From: an uncultured euryarchaeote
Lineage (GTDB): Archaea; Thermoplasmatota; Poseidoniia; Poseidoniales; Poseidoniaceae
Length of the DNA: 45,278 nucleotides
Reading direction: 5' to 3'
NCBI GenBank assembly: GCA_937899865.1
Contig: CALBRH010000023.1
Coordinates: 1-45,278 of the forward strand
The translations under genes and the position numbers were made by a program. Below the pieces are notes generated by a model, which saw only the letters and a list, made by a program, of their open reading frames with translations, had not been told where the DNA came from and ran no database searches. Of this stretch, positions 18,260 through 27,325 are shown in pieces. Numbering within the stretch: position 1 is the first letter of the stretch; each line of letters opens with the position of its first letter.

Positions 18260-18844
18260 TCAAACAGAAACCGCTCTAACAACGCCTCGAAGTGGAATGT
18301 CTCCAATTTCATTTCTCATTGTTTTATTGACTAATACGATTACTAAACCAACATCGCCACCTGCTTCCTTGATGGAAGATATGGTTTTACTAACAGTTTT
18401 TCCAGTAGACAATACATCGTCAATAATTACTACTTTCTTACCTGAAACTTGTCCATATTTGCTAGATAATGAACCTGAACCATCTCCATTGTCAGTAGTT
18501 CTAAAAACTGTGAATTCGCAATCAAGGATTCTTGCAACTTCGTGAGCAAATGAGATTCCATTGATTGAAATTCCAACAATTGTATCAATATTGTCGAAAC
18601 CTAATTCTTCGTCTGCTACATCAGCCATTATTGTGCCAATGGCTGAAATTCTGTTTGGCTTTACTCCAATAGTTCTCCATCCTATTCTAACATCACTTGG
18701 TTGATCGTCACCTTGGCTTCCTGCTAATAGCCAAGATATCGTATCTTGGGATAGTGATAATTCGTCTGCAATTTGTTGGCTGTTTAGACCTTCTTTACGC
18801 AGATTCATTGCAGTCATTCTCAATTCTTCAATACTAACAACCAT
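18260..18844 (-). CDS. HTH + phosphoribosyltransferase-like protein (PyrE-like / GfcR-type regulator)
   Basis: N-terminal HTH (GLNSQQIADELSLSQDTISWLL) and PRPP-binding loop VVIIDDVLSTGKT. The track start is 18853; ATG 18844 is preferred. Confidence 0.85.
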   Translation of the reverse strand: MVVSIEELRMTAMNLRKEGLNSQQIADELSLSQDTISWLLAGSQGDDQPSDVRIGWRTIGVKPNRISAIGTIMADVADEELGFDNIDTIVGISINGISFAHEVARILDCEFTVFRTTDNGDGSGSLSSKYGQVSGKKVVIIDDVLSTGKTVSKTISSIKEAGGDVGLVIVLVNKTMRNEIGDIPLRGVVRAVSV

Positions 18845-18957
18845 TACTACCAAAGCATGCCATGAGTCTCATGTTCATCAAACCTTTCATCAAAATCAAT
18901 CTTCAATCACTAATTGACATACCAAGCATTGAAGAATGGAACCTACGAGCCACTAAC

Positions 18958-19368
18958 ATGGCAGACTTTGATTATGAGACTCTGCTGGATAGGGCAAGGG
19001 AGAAAATCCCTGAAAATATTTCCAGCAAATCACGATGGAAGTTACCTGAGCCACAAATTTTGATTGAAGGTTCAAATACTATCTTTAGAAATTTCAATGA
19101 AGTTGTTTCAATGATGGATAGAGATGATAATCACGTTTACCAATATATTTTGAATGATCTTGGAACTTCTGGTTCAAGAGATGGACCAAGAGCCAGGTTC
19201 AAAGGAAGGATTCCACCAAAAAGGATCAAGAAAACCATCGTGAATTATGTTAATTCTTACATTATATGTAGCCAATGCTCATCACCAGATACCATGTTTG
19301 TCAAAGAAGAGCGAACCACTTTGTTGAAATGTCAAGCTTGTGGAGCAACAAGGCCAGTTAAACTTTAA
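18958..19368 (+). CDS. eif2b: Translation initiation factor aIF-2 beta
   Basis: DYETLLDRARE, EGSNTIFRNF, LGTSG, C-terminal Zn finger CSQC...CQACGA. Start moved from 18862 to ATG 18958. Confidence 0.95.
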   Translation: MADFDYETLLDRAREKIPENISSKSRWKLPEPQILIEGSNTIFRNFNEVVSMMDRDDNHVYQYILNDLGTSGSRDGPRARFKGRIPPKRIKKTIVNYVNSYIICSQCSSPDTMFVKEERTTLLKCQACGATRPVKL

Positions 19369-19937
19369 TCGAGATAAGTTACTATCTCTGAAAGGGCTTT
19401 TTTCTTAACTTCACGAACTTTAACTGGATAACCAGCCTTGACAAAGCCAATGATTTCTTCACTTTCATAATCTATAGAAAGAGTGCTGTAGGTTTGTAAA
19501 TCTCTTGTTATAGATCCGGTTGACCATTGAGCGCCAACACCATTCTCCCATAAAGATAGAACCATATTGTGTAAAGCACAAACCGATGCAGCATAATCCT
19601 CCTTTTCTCTAAATTTGTCATCATGAGATTTTTTTGAGGTAACTGCAACCAATAGAGGGGGTTGTACAATTTTATTTATTGCCCTTTCAACATTTGATTC
19701 AAAGTTTTTTGATTGCATCTTTTCTGACTTTATATTTGCCAACTTAGTGATTGTAGGGATTAATTTCTTTCGAATATCATTACCTAGAATATAGAATTTC
19801 CATGGATGTGTATGCTTGTGGCATGGAGCATTTGATGCAGCAAGTAGTGCTTGTTGTAGAATTTCATCATCAACAATTTCATCAGTAAATTGGTATATAC
19901 TTCTTCGATTATTGATTACATCTTGTAGGCGAGTCAT
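19365..19937 (-). CDS. Nitroreductase family flavoprotein
   Basis: INNRRSIYQF, AASNAPCHKHTHPWKF, ALHNMVLSLWENGVGAQW. ATG 19937 preferred over TTG 19952. Confidence 0.9.
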   Translation of the reverse strand: MTRLQDVINNRRSIYQFTDEIVDDEILQQALLAASNAPCHKHTHPWKFYILGNDIRKKLIPTITKLANIKSEKMQSKNFESNVERAINKIVQPPLLVAVTSKKSHDDKFREKEDYAASVCALHNMVLSLWENGVGAQWSTGSITRDLQTYSTLSIDYESEEIIGFVKAGYPVKVREVKKKALSEIVTYLD

Positions 19938-19948
19938 ATCAACACCAA

Positions 19949-20272
19949 TCAAATATTGTCAATCTTTGCTGCTAGGATGAAATCAGATTCATTTAAACCA
20001 TCAATTTTGTGAGTCCAAATCATTACTTTGACCCGTCCCCATGATAGTTCGAAATCAGCATGATGTCCCTCTTCTTCACAAATTTTTCCAGCATCATTGA
20101 CAAAGTCTAGAGCTGTTTGAAAATCATCAAAAGTAAAAGTCCTCTCAATATGATGGTCAAGAACTAATTTCCATTCTTGATGTATTTGTTCCATATATGG
20201 TTTGATTTCTTCGACTGTTAAAGGTGGTATACCTCCTTCACAAGGAATGCACTTTTTCTCATGTAGAGTCAA
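19949..20272 (-). CDS. phhB: Pterin-4-alpha-carbinolamine dehydratase
   Basis: KCIPCEGG, RTFTFDDFQTALDFVN, EEEGHHAD, WTHKIDGL...DFILAAKID. TTG 20272 follows GGGGT. Confidence 0.93.
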   Translation of the reverse strand: MTLHEKKCIPCEGGIPPLTVEEIKPYMEQIHQEWKLVLDHHIERTFTFDDFQTALDFVNDAGKICEEEGHHADFELSWGRVKVMIWTHKIDGLNESDFILAAKIDNI

Positions 20273-20276
20273 AATT

Positions 20277-20723
20277 TCAACCCCATAGATGTGAATCGTC
20301 TTGCCTACCTTTAACCTCTTTCTCGACTTTCTCATGAAGTGAAGATCTTCGCTTCATATCTTCTCTTTCGAATGCTAACAATTCCTTGTCATCGATATAT
20401 GCAGGGCGAGTGTGAGCGATTAGAGTAATTTTCACAATTACATCTCTTGCAACATATACGGTTGAACCTTCATCGGTTAGAATCTCAATACTTGTTTTTC
20501 CAGATGATAACAATCTACCTTTTATGATTGTGTTATCACCTTCCTTGAATGCACGTGCATCAAGTAAAATTTCAACTAAGTCATCTTTACGTAGTCCATG
20601 TCTTCTTTCCAACAGGTCGCCATTATGTACACTTGTGATTTCTGTGAGGCTCGGAGAGCCCATTTCTTCCCAAATTGGTATAGCCCAGTCTGGTAAACTT
20701 GAGTCCTTTTTCTTATTCGCCAT
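20277..20723 (-). CDS. Hypothetical protein, possible Sm/Rpp29-like beta-barrel
   Basis: 148 aa ORF. The central LVEILL...IKGRLLSSG..SIEILTDEGSTVYVARDVIVKI has a five-strand pattern. Confidence 0.7.
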   Translation of the reverse strand: MANKKKDSSLPDWAIPIWEEMGSPSLTEITSVHNGDLLERRHGLRKDDLVEILLDARAFKEGDNTIIKGRLLSSGKTSIEILTDEGSTVYVARDVIVKITLIAHTRPAYIDDKELLAFEREDMKRRSSLHEKVEKEVKGRQDDSHLWG

Positions 20724-20837
20724 GAGTTAACGTGGCGGCGAGCGTACTTTAACCTCGCTCTCAAAATAATATATCAAATCATTATCGAGGGTATGGGTTA
20801 TTCAAGTATTGGCATCCAGCGTGTAATCGGGGATATA

Positions 20838-21950
20838 ATGAAAGTGTCATGGCGCGCCTTGCCAACTGTTCTTACTAAGGAAGAGTTGCTTGATAAGGCG
20901 TATGGAAGGGCTAAAAAAGCCGCTGACAGGGTTGATGATAGAGATCGAATTTTCCGCGTAAGAAAACAACTCAATCGTATGATTCAAACCGCTTCGGATA
21001 TTCTTGGCACCTATCTAATGGATACAGTCAATCAATGGCCATCTTTAGACCAATCTCCACAATTTGATGTTTCAATGATTGATGCTTGTGTGGGTTGTGA
21101 TGAATATCGCCATCACCTTTCAATGTTACAATGGGCAGCTAATCAAATCTCAAATATCGCTACACAAAATACTAGAAAAATTACTAGGACTGCTAAAATT
21201 GAATTGATGCATGAAGCAAGAAGAGAAGCTTATGGCCGTATTTCCTCAATCGTAGGAAGAATCGGTCCATCTCTAAAGTGGCTTGGAGAATCTAGAGAGA
21301 CACTAAAGAGGCTACCAAGTATTGATCAATTATCACCTTGCATTGTTGTTTGTGGTGCTCCAAACGTTGGCAAGTCTGCATTCATTTCAGCTTTGAGTTC
21401 AGGCAATATGGAAGTAAATCATTATCCATTTACCACCAAGAGAATCCATTTAGGCCATTTTACATTTAGGCGACTTCAGTATCAGATGGTCGATACGCCA
21501 GGATTGCTTGACAGGCCAATGGAAAAGCGCAATGATATTGAGATGCAAGCGATATCAGCACTTGAGAATCTTGGTTCTTTAGTATTGTTTTTAATTGACG
21601 AAAATGAAGAATGTGGGACTTCAATTGAAGAACAAAACAATCTTCTCGAAGAAATACTTGAGTTACTTGCTGGAACTACCGTAATGGTAATTTCAACCAA
21701 GGCAGATTTACATCAAACAAAGCCAGAAAATTGGGATTTAGTATGCAAAGCCGAACAGGATTATTTGCAATCTGGTGAAGAGCAATATACAGAATTACCA
21801 TTATTGATTGATAAAAGTGGCTACATTACAATTTCAGCATTAGAAAATGTTGGAATGGAAGCACTCAAAATGGAGATTGTTAGAATCGTTAAAGATAATA
21901 CTCCAATAGATCCAATGAATTTGCCAGAAGGATGGCACAGAGCGGATTGA
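20838..21950 (+). CDS. NOG1-family (OBG-like) GTPase
   Basis: N-terminal helical domain (PTVLTKEELLDKAY...REAYGRISS), G1 GAPNVGKS, G2 YPFTT, G3 DTPG, G4 TKAD, G5 ISA. Start moved from 20793 to ATG 20838. Confidence 0.93.
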   Translation: MKVSWRALPTVLTKEELLDKAYGRAKKAADRVDDRDRIFRVRKQLNRMIQTASDILGTYLMDTVNQWPSLDQSPQFDVSMIDACVGCDEYRHHLSMLQWAANQISNIATQNTRKITRTAKIELMHEARREAYGRISSIVGRIGPSLKWLGESRETLKRLPSIDQLSPCIVVCGAPNVGKSAFISALSSGNMEVNHYPFTTKRIHLGHFTFRRLQYQMVDTPGLLDRPMEKRNDIEMQAISALENLGSLVLFLIDENEECGTSIEEQNNLLEEILELLAGTTVMVISTKADLHQTKPENWDLVCKAEQDYLQSGEEQYTELPLLIDKSGYITISALENVGMEALKMEIVRIVKDNTPIDPMNLPEGWHRAD

Positions 21951-23732
21951 TTACATCTGTTCAAGAGGCGATATGCCAAGTCCAATCATGCCCGATTTCA
22001 TTAATTTTGAAGCAATTTCGGAAACTGCTAGATACATTTCGTTTACTTTACCATTTGAGATGACCTTACAATCACGATAAAATCCATTATATGAGTTTGC
22101 TAAATTTAACAATTGGTTAGCAAATAAATTCGGTCTGTTTTGCTCAACAGACTTGCTTAAAGCATCATTATGAGTAACCATAACTCTCAATAATTCATAC
22201 ATACTATTTGGTATCTCATGATTTTCATTTTGAAGTTTTGAATTATCAATAATGTCAAAAGTTATTCCCAATGCTAAACATTTATTGGAAATAGATCTAC
22301 TTCTTGTATGGCTGTACATTATGAATGGCGCAGAATCTGAATCAAAGGCTAATGCTTCTTCCCATCGGAATGTAAAACCCTTATCTGGACTTACTTTTAT
22401 TATGTTAAATCTAACTGCAGAAGTGCCTACTGCCTCGGCAATTTCAGTAATTTCTACATCACTGTAATCAGTTCTAATCTCTCTAACTAAATTAGCAGCA
22501 TGCGCTTTGGCTTCTTCCAATAAATCATCCATAAAAACAACATTACCTTTTCTGGTTGACATCTTACCTTCTGGTAATTTGATGAATGAGTAGAATAATA
22601 CTTCAGGAGAATCATATCCAAGTTCATTTAAGGTCAATGAAACTTGTTTTGACTGCAATTTGTGGTCTTCTCCTAAGATATTTATCAAATTGTTACATTG
22701 ACTAAATTTCCAAATGTGATAAGCTATGTCACGAGTTGCGTATAGTGAACTGCCATCTCCACGGCGGAAATAAAATTCAGTTTTTCCTTTCAAACCTCTT
22801 GTTCCAAGGTCAAGATACTCTGCTCCATTATCGGCAACACCATGAATCTCTAAGGTAGATAATTTCTCCATTATTTTACTTACATCACCATTGGTTACAA
22901 ACAAAGATTCCTTGGTGAACTCATCAAAGTTTATTCTTAGTCGATTCAAGGTTTCTAACATGCCATCAAGCACTGGTTGGTATGCATTTTCAAACGCTGC
23001 CAAAACCTCATCATCACCATTTTCGCTTGCATGAACCATGTCAGCAATCGCCTTTTCAATACCTTCTTTGACACTATCGTCATTCCTTAACACTTGAGCG
23101 GCTTGATACCATCTTACTCTTTCGTGATCAGGCTTGTTGTTCCACATGTCATTGATTGATTCTCTATCTGAAAGGATGTCATCTACTTGTTCTGGTTTGA
23201 GATTGGCCAATGCCCACGCTAAAACAGCAACCTGTTTCCCCATGTCATCAACATAATACTCAGAGCGAACCTCATTACCATATAGCCTATGAAGCCTAAC
23301 TAAAGTATCTCCAAGTATTGCATTTCTCGCCCTACCTACATGGAATGGTCCGTTTGGATTTGCTGAAGTATGTTCAATGAGTACAGATTTTGCGCCTGTT
23401 GGCAAACCTCCTAATGCATCACCAATTCGCACATTTCCAGAAACAACATAATCGGCCAACCAGTTTGCTGATGCCTTGAAATTAAGATAACCCGCAGTAG
23501 AATTTATCTCATCAATAATATCATTATTCTCGATTAATGATTGTAATTTTTCTGCAATTTCATTTGGCGCCATATTAAGTTGTTTTGCAAAGGCAAAACA
23601 TGGTAGAGAAAGATCTCCCATACTCTTTTCTCGTGATGGAGCAATCATAGATTTCCAATTTTCGTTAGTGATGCCAAGTTGTTGTAAAGCAGGTGATAAG
23701 ACCTGTTCAACATGTGGTCTGATAATTTCCAT
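21951..23732 (-). CDS. argS: Arginyl-tRNA synthetase
   Basis: GDLSLPCF, GYLNF, EHTSANPNGPFHVGRARN, YATRDIAYH, KMSTRKG, PFIMYSH, YNGFYRDC. Confidence 0.97.
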   Translation of the reverse strand: MEIIRPHVEQVLSPALQQLGITNENWKSMIAPSREKSMGDLSLPCFAFAKQLNMAPNEIAEKLQSLIENNDIIDEINSTAGYLNFKASANWLADYVVSGNVRIGDALGGLPTGAKSVLIEHTSANPNGPFHVGRARNAILGDTLVRLHRLYGNEVRSEYYVDDMGKQVAVLAWALANLKPEQVDDILSDRESINDMWNNKPDHERVRWYQAAQVLRNDDSVKEGIEKAIADMVHASENGDDEVLAAFENAYQPVLDGMLETLNRLRINFDEFTKESLFVTNGDVSKIMEKLSTLEIHGVADNGAEYLDLGTRGLKGKTEFYFRRGDGSSLYATRDIAYHIWKFSQCNNLINILGEDHKLQSKQVSLTLNELGYDSPEVLFYSFIKLPEGKMSTRKGNVVFMDDLLEEAKAHAANLVREIRTDYSDVEITEIAEAVGTSAVRFNIIKVSPDKGFTFRWEEALAFDSDSAPFIMYSHTRSRSISNKCLALGITFDIIDNSKLQNENHEIPNSMYELLRVMVTHNDALSKSVEQNRPNLFANQLLNLANSYNGFYRDCKVISNGKVNEMYLAVSEIASKLMKSGMIGLGISPLEQM

Positions 23733-23736
23733 ATAA

Positions 23737-24984
23737 TCACATCACTGGGTACCTAAGTATTGCAGCCAAGCCGCCAAATCCTTGCAGCAATTGTGAACCT
23801 TCTTCGGTATCTGTTGAGATAAATGAGAGGTTAGAGTTTCCTTTTCCTGCTAATTCTGTTAATTCATCAATTAGAGAAATACAGCTTAATTCCTTGATAA
23901 CATCTCCTTTTGCTTCGCATTTAGAGCATGGTGGTAATTCTTCAGTTCTGGACAATGATATGTTCCAATCATGGCCACAGGAATCACATTGAAGGTGATA
24001 AGAATTCTTTCTCATTCCTTCAGAAATGAGTAATGTATCAACCGCACCCATATCAAGTGCCTTTTTGATCATCATTTCACCATAAGTTGCTTTTGGGTGT
24101 GCTTTGACTAACTCTTCAAGAAATTTGTTCATCAGTTGTCTCTCGGCATCTAATTCTATTTCACCCATCAATTTACCAGCATTGTCAACTAATTCTCGAA
24201 CACCACTTTCATTTGAATACCCAACATCAAAGGTAGTTTTTGCAATTTTTTTGGCAATCTCATGATGGAAGTAATCGTTCTTGAAAACGAAATCTTTGGT
24301 TGCCCCCGGCCCTCCGATAATCACTGCCTGAATGTTTTCTAAATTAGGCAACCAATAATCACAAGCATGCTCTGTAGCACGCTTGAAGAAATTATGTGCC
24401 GCTTCTTCAATTAGTCGCTCGAATCTTTGAGCAGATTGACCACCTTGGCGGTGCTTACCCATGATGTTTGAAACAAGATGCTCTTGAACGTGAATTCTCT
24501 TTCCTGAGGCAATACCATAAGCCGCTTCAGCACGATCGATAACAAATAATCCGTATGATTTCTTATCAACTAGCATATCTTCTAATTGACTCAATTCAAA
24601 TGTTGAATCACATCTGTATCTAAAAGAAAGAAGCGCTTGTGGCGGATTATCAATAACAATATTTACCATTCGAGTTTTATTATTGCCAATGATTATCGCA
24701 CCGACAAACAGGGCTAAGCCATTTTCTCCTGGAGTTTTGAAACGATTTAGAGTAGAAATAGCGGATTCAATTGCCCCTTGAACATTTTTCTTTGTACCCT
24801 TTGATTTGATGTTGGCTGCTTGACCATGTTCATTTTGTAGCATGCTCCTAGCATCGGAAATTTGACGGTCAGGTGGAATAATTATGGTGACTAATTCGGT
24901 TCCAAAACCTTTCATCTCTCTTAATTCCTCTAGAGCAATCTTTAGTCTTAATCGCTTAGTTGCAATGTCTACATCTCCTGACAT
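23737..24984 (-). CDS. prf1: Peptide chain release factor aRF1
   Basis: TELVT, ANIKS, YRCD, KHRQGGQSAQRF, IIGGPG, YSNESG. SD GGAGGAG precedes ATG 24984. Confidence 0.98.
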   Translation of the reverse strand: MSGDVDIATKRLRLKIALEELREMKGFGTELVTIIIPPDRQISDARSMLQNEHGQAANIKSKGTKKNVQGAIESAISTLNRFKTPGENGLALFVGAIIIGNNKTRMVNIVIDNPPQALLSFRYRCDSTFELSQLEDMLVDKKSYGLFVIDRAEAAYGIASGKRIHVQEHLVSNIMGKHRQGGQSAQRFERLIEEAAHNFFKRATEHACDYWLPNLENIQAVIIGGPGATKDFVFKNDYFHHEIAKKIAKTTFDVGYSNESGVRELVDNAGKLMGEIELDAERQLMNKFLEELVKAHPKATYGEMMIKKALDMGAVDTLLISEGMRKNSYHLQCDSCGHDWNISLSRTEELPPCSKCEAKGDVIKELSCISLIDELTELAGKGNSNLSFISTDTEEGSQLLQGFGGLAAILRYPVM

Positions 24985-25120
24985 CAAGACTCCTCCAAGT
25001 AATGGGCGTTGGATATAGCACTTGAAGCCTCCCTTCGCGGTTTGATGAAATCGTGAAAAAGCGTATACAAGGAATGATTTTCATGGGATAGTCTAAGTGC
25101 TTAAACTCTAACGAGCATCT

Positions 25121-25825
25121 ATGAGACTTCCTCAAGTCATAGCATTAGGCGGTAGCCTGCTAAGGCCGGAGGAATCCGAAAATCGAAAGACATGGTTTGG
25201 CAAATTACGTCAGTTAGCAGTTCACATCGAAGGAAATTCTAGGAAGTTAGGAATAGTTGTTGGAGGCGGTTTGCCTGCAAGAGAGGGTATCGAGCTTGCC
25301 AGCAATTTGATTTCTGATTCTGATAGATTGGATGAAGTTGGTATTGCAGCAACCCGTATCAATGCGACAATAATTCAGCAAATACTCATTGATATCGGAT
25401 GTAATGTAGCACCTTCTATTCCACATAATACAGTTGATGCAGCCCAATATTTTGATCAGTACAATATCGTAGTTATGGGTGGTACGACTCCAGGGCATAC
25501 GACAGATGCGGTAGCGATTTCACTTGCTCGAGATTGTGGTGCTCGAGATTGCATCATAGCGACTAATGTTAGTCATATTTTTGACAAAGATCCTAAAGTT
25601 TCTGAAGATGCAAAACCATTTGTAGAAATGACTATTTATGAACTGATAGAACTAATTGGTACTGATAGAATGAAACCAGGGCAGTCTGCAGTAGTTGATC
25701 CAATAGCGGTTGGATTAGCTGAAAAAAGTCAAATTAATATTGCAGTATTGGATGGTCGTGATATTGACTTAATCGAGTCTGCACTTGACGGGAAAGAGTT
25801 TGAAGGTACTTTAGTAAGGAGTTGA
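25121..25825 (+). CDS. pyrH: UMP kinase, archaeal type
   Basis: LGGSLL, IVVGGG, DEVGIAATRINA, MGGTTPGHTTDAVA, TNVSHIFDKDP, VDPIA. Confidence 0.93.
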   Translation: MRLPQVIALGGSLLRPEESENRKTWFGKLRQLAVHIEGNSRKLGIVVGGGLPAREGIELASNLISDSDRLDEVGIAATRINATIIQQILIDIGCNVAPSIPHNTVDAAQYFDQYNIVVMGGTTPGHTTDAVAISLARDCGARDCIIATNVSHIFDKDPKVSEDAKPFVEMTIYELIELIGTDRMKPGQSAVVDPIAVGLAEKSQINIAVLDGRDIDLIESALDGKEFEGTLVRS

Positions 25826-25829
25826 TTAC

Positions 25830-26096
25830 TTGGTTGATGTAAAGAAGATTAAAGAGAATGTGTCAAAAGTTACTAGTAAAATATCTAGCAGCAAACTCCC
25901 TGCTCACAAGCATTGTAGGATTTGTGGAATCTCTATTTCTCCAAATGCTGAGCCAAGAGTATGTAAAGACCAAGAATGTATTGATCAACATGAGAAAAAC
26001 CTTCGTAATGAAAAGCAAATGAGAATTTGGATGTTCATATTCTTCGGAATCTTTGCTTTCATATTCTTGAGTTCAATATTAAGACAATTGATGTGA
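25830..26096 (+). CDS. DUF2116-like Zn-ribbon protein with C-terminal TM helix
   Basis: PAHKHCRICG...CKDQEC followed by MWMFIFFGIF-type hydrophobic tail (IWMFIFFGIFAFIFL). TTG start follows AAGGAG. Confidence 0.75.
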   Translation: MVDVKKIKENVSKVTSKISSSKLPAHKHCRICGISISPNAEPRVCKDQECIDQHEKNLRNEKQMRIWMFIFFGIFAFIFLSSILRQLM

Positions 26097-26097
26097 A

Positions 26098-26604
26098 TTA
26101 ATCATCTAATTCTTCTTCTAATATTGATTCTGCCGCAGTTTCATCCATACGTTCCTCTCCAACTGATTTTAGTCGGTCACCAAGTCTAAAAAGTGCTTCA
26201 ACAGCCTCGTCTATAGATTTATTCTGTTTTAGAAACCTTATTGTTGGCCATCCACAATCAATGATCTCAGGGTCTACAGTGTTCTCTTCTATCCATGCTG
26301 AGCAAGCTGAAACATAACACAAAGCACTAAAATTATCTACATCTATCCAAAAAGTGCGTCTACCACATACTGGACAGTCTTTACATTCCATTGTTGACAA
26401 AACAGTCATTGCTTCTTCGCCAACAATATCAACATCCCAAATAACTACGCTACTACTCTCTAGTAGCATTTGTTCACTTTTCTTCAAGAAGGCACGTAAT
26501 ACTTGCCAGGCGGTTTCTTCGCTACTAAAGCAACCAAGCGCAATTGTACCACCATTTTCTTCGGTGACAGATGGAACGAACACTCTAGGAATTGACTCGC
26601 CCAT
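26098..26604 (-). CDS. Hypothetical Cys-rich protein
   Basis: 168 aa ORF with CKDCPVCG...CYVSAC and an acidic tail. Confidence 0.7.
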   Translation of the reverse strand: MGESIPRVFVPSVTEENGGTIALGCFSSEETAWQVLRAFLKKSEQMLLESSSVVIWDVDIVGEEAMTVLSTMECKDCPVCGRRTFWIDVDNFSALCYVSACSAWIEENTVDPEIIDCGWPTIRFLKQNKSIDEAVEALFRLGDRLKSVGEERMDETAAESILEEELDD

Positions 26605-26635
26605 GGTTATGTTAAATCAATCAAATGTATCAATT

Positions 26636-26995
26636 CTATTGTTCAAATGGCCATTCTGCTTCAACAATTGCTAGTCCACCTTCATGTGGCAACGCTGCTT
26701 TGGGCTTTTCAATTCTTATGGAAATTTTCTTGACTAGTCTATTCTGGCTAATCTGTTCAAACATTTTGGTCATCATAGTTTCCATCAATCTAATCGGAGG
26801 AGAATTTGCAATGACTTCATGTACAACATTTTGTAGATCTGCATAGTTGATGGTTTTGGAGAGATCATCATCAAATTGATTGTGATTTAATTCGACCCAT
26901 ATACTGACAGTGAAAGGTTGTTTACTTTCATGCTCAAAATCGTATGCGCCGTGCCTTCCAAGCACGGTATAATTTTCTAGTCCAACCTTAAACAT
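26636..26995 (-). CDS. folB: Dihydroneopterin aldolase, bacterial type
   Basis: GRHGAYDFE...QPFTVSIWV, DDLSKTINYADL, LMET, IRIEKP. Confidence 0.92.
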   Translation of the reverse strand: MFKVGLENYTVLGRHGAYDFEHESKQPFTVSIWVELNHNQFDDDLSKTINYADLQNVVHEVIANSPPIRLMETMMTKMFEQISQNRLVKKISIRIEKPKAALPHEGGLAIVEAEWPFEQ

Positions 26996-27286
26996 CTAAT
27001 TCTCTTCCCTTTCGTGAACCCATATTAGATGGTAACCAAATTGGGATTTTACCGGGTTTGATGTGGTAGAAAGTGGAATGCTCCAAACTGCTTCATCGAA
27101 CTCTCTTACCATCATTCCTTTTCGAAACCAACCCAAATCTCCACCCTTTTGTGAGGATGGACAAGTGCTTTTTTTCCTAGCTAATTTTTGAAATTCTTTT
27201 AACTTGGAAATTTTTTGCTTAAGCTGAATTGCTTCAGATTTTGACTTTACCAATATGTGAGATGCCCAAGCACTAGGAGCCACCAT
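26996..27286 (-). CDS. ppiC: Parvulin-type peptidyl-prolyl cis-trans isomerase (single domain)
   Basis: ASHILVK, STCPS, GGDLGWF, MVREFDEAV, PVKSQFGYHLI. Confidence 0.95.
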   Translation of the reverse strand: MVAPSAWASHILVKSKSEAIQLKQKISKLKEFQKLARKKSTCPSSQKGGDLGWFRKGMMVREFDEAVWSIPLSTTSNPVKSQFGYHLIWVHEREEN

Positions 27287-27325
27287 GGGCTGGCCTAATG
27301 TAATGTATTATTGAATCTCACGGAA

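Noticed and set aside
23850-24000. Zn ribbon (CDSC...CSKC) in aRF1 domain 3
   Set aside because: A known feature of many archaeal aRF1 proteins.
25043-25048. TGATGA as the C box of a C/D guide RNA
   Set aside because: No CTGA D box downstream within the intergenic region.
25525-25551. 12-bp direct repeat TGCTCGAGATTG in pyrH (ARDCGARDC)
   Set aside because: Only two in-frame copies inside a conserved gene; a trivial micro-duplication.
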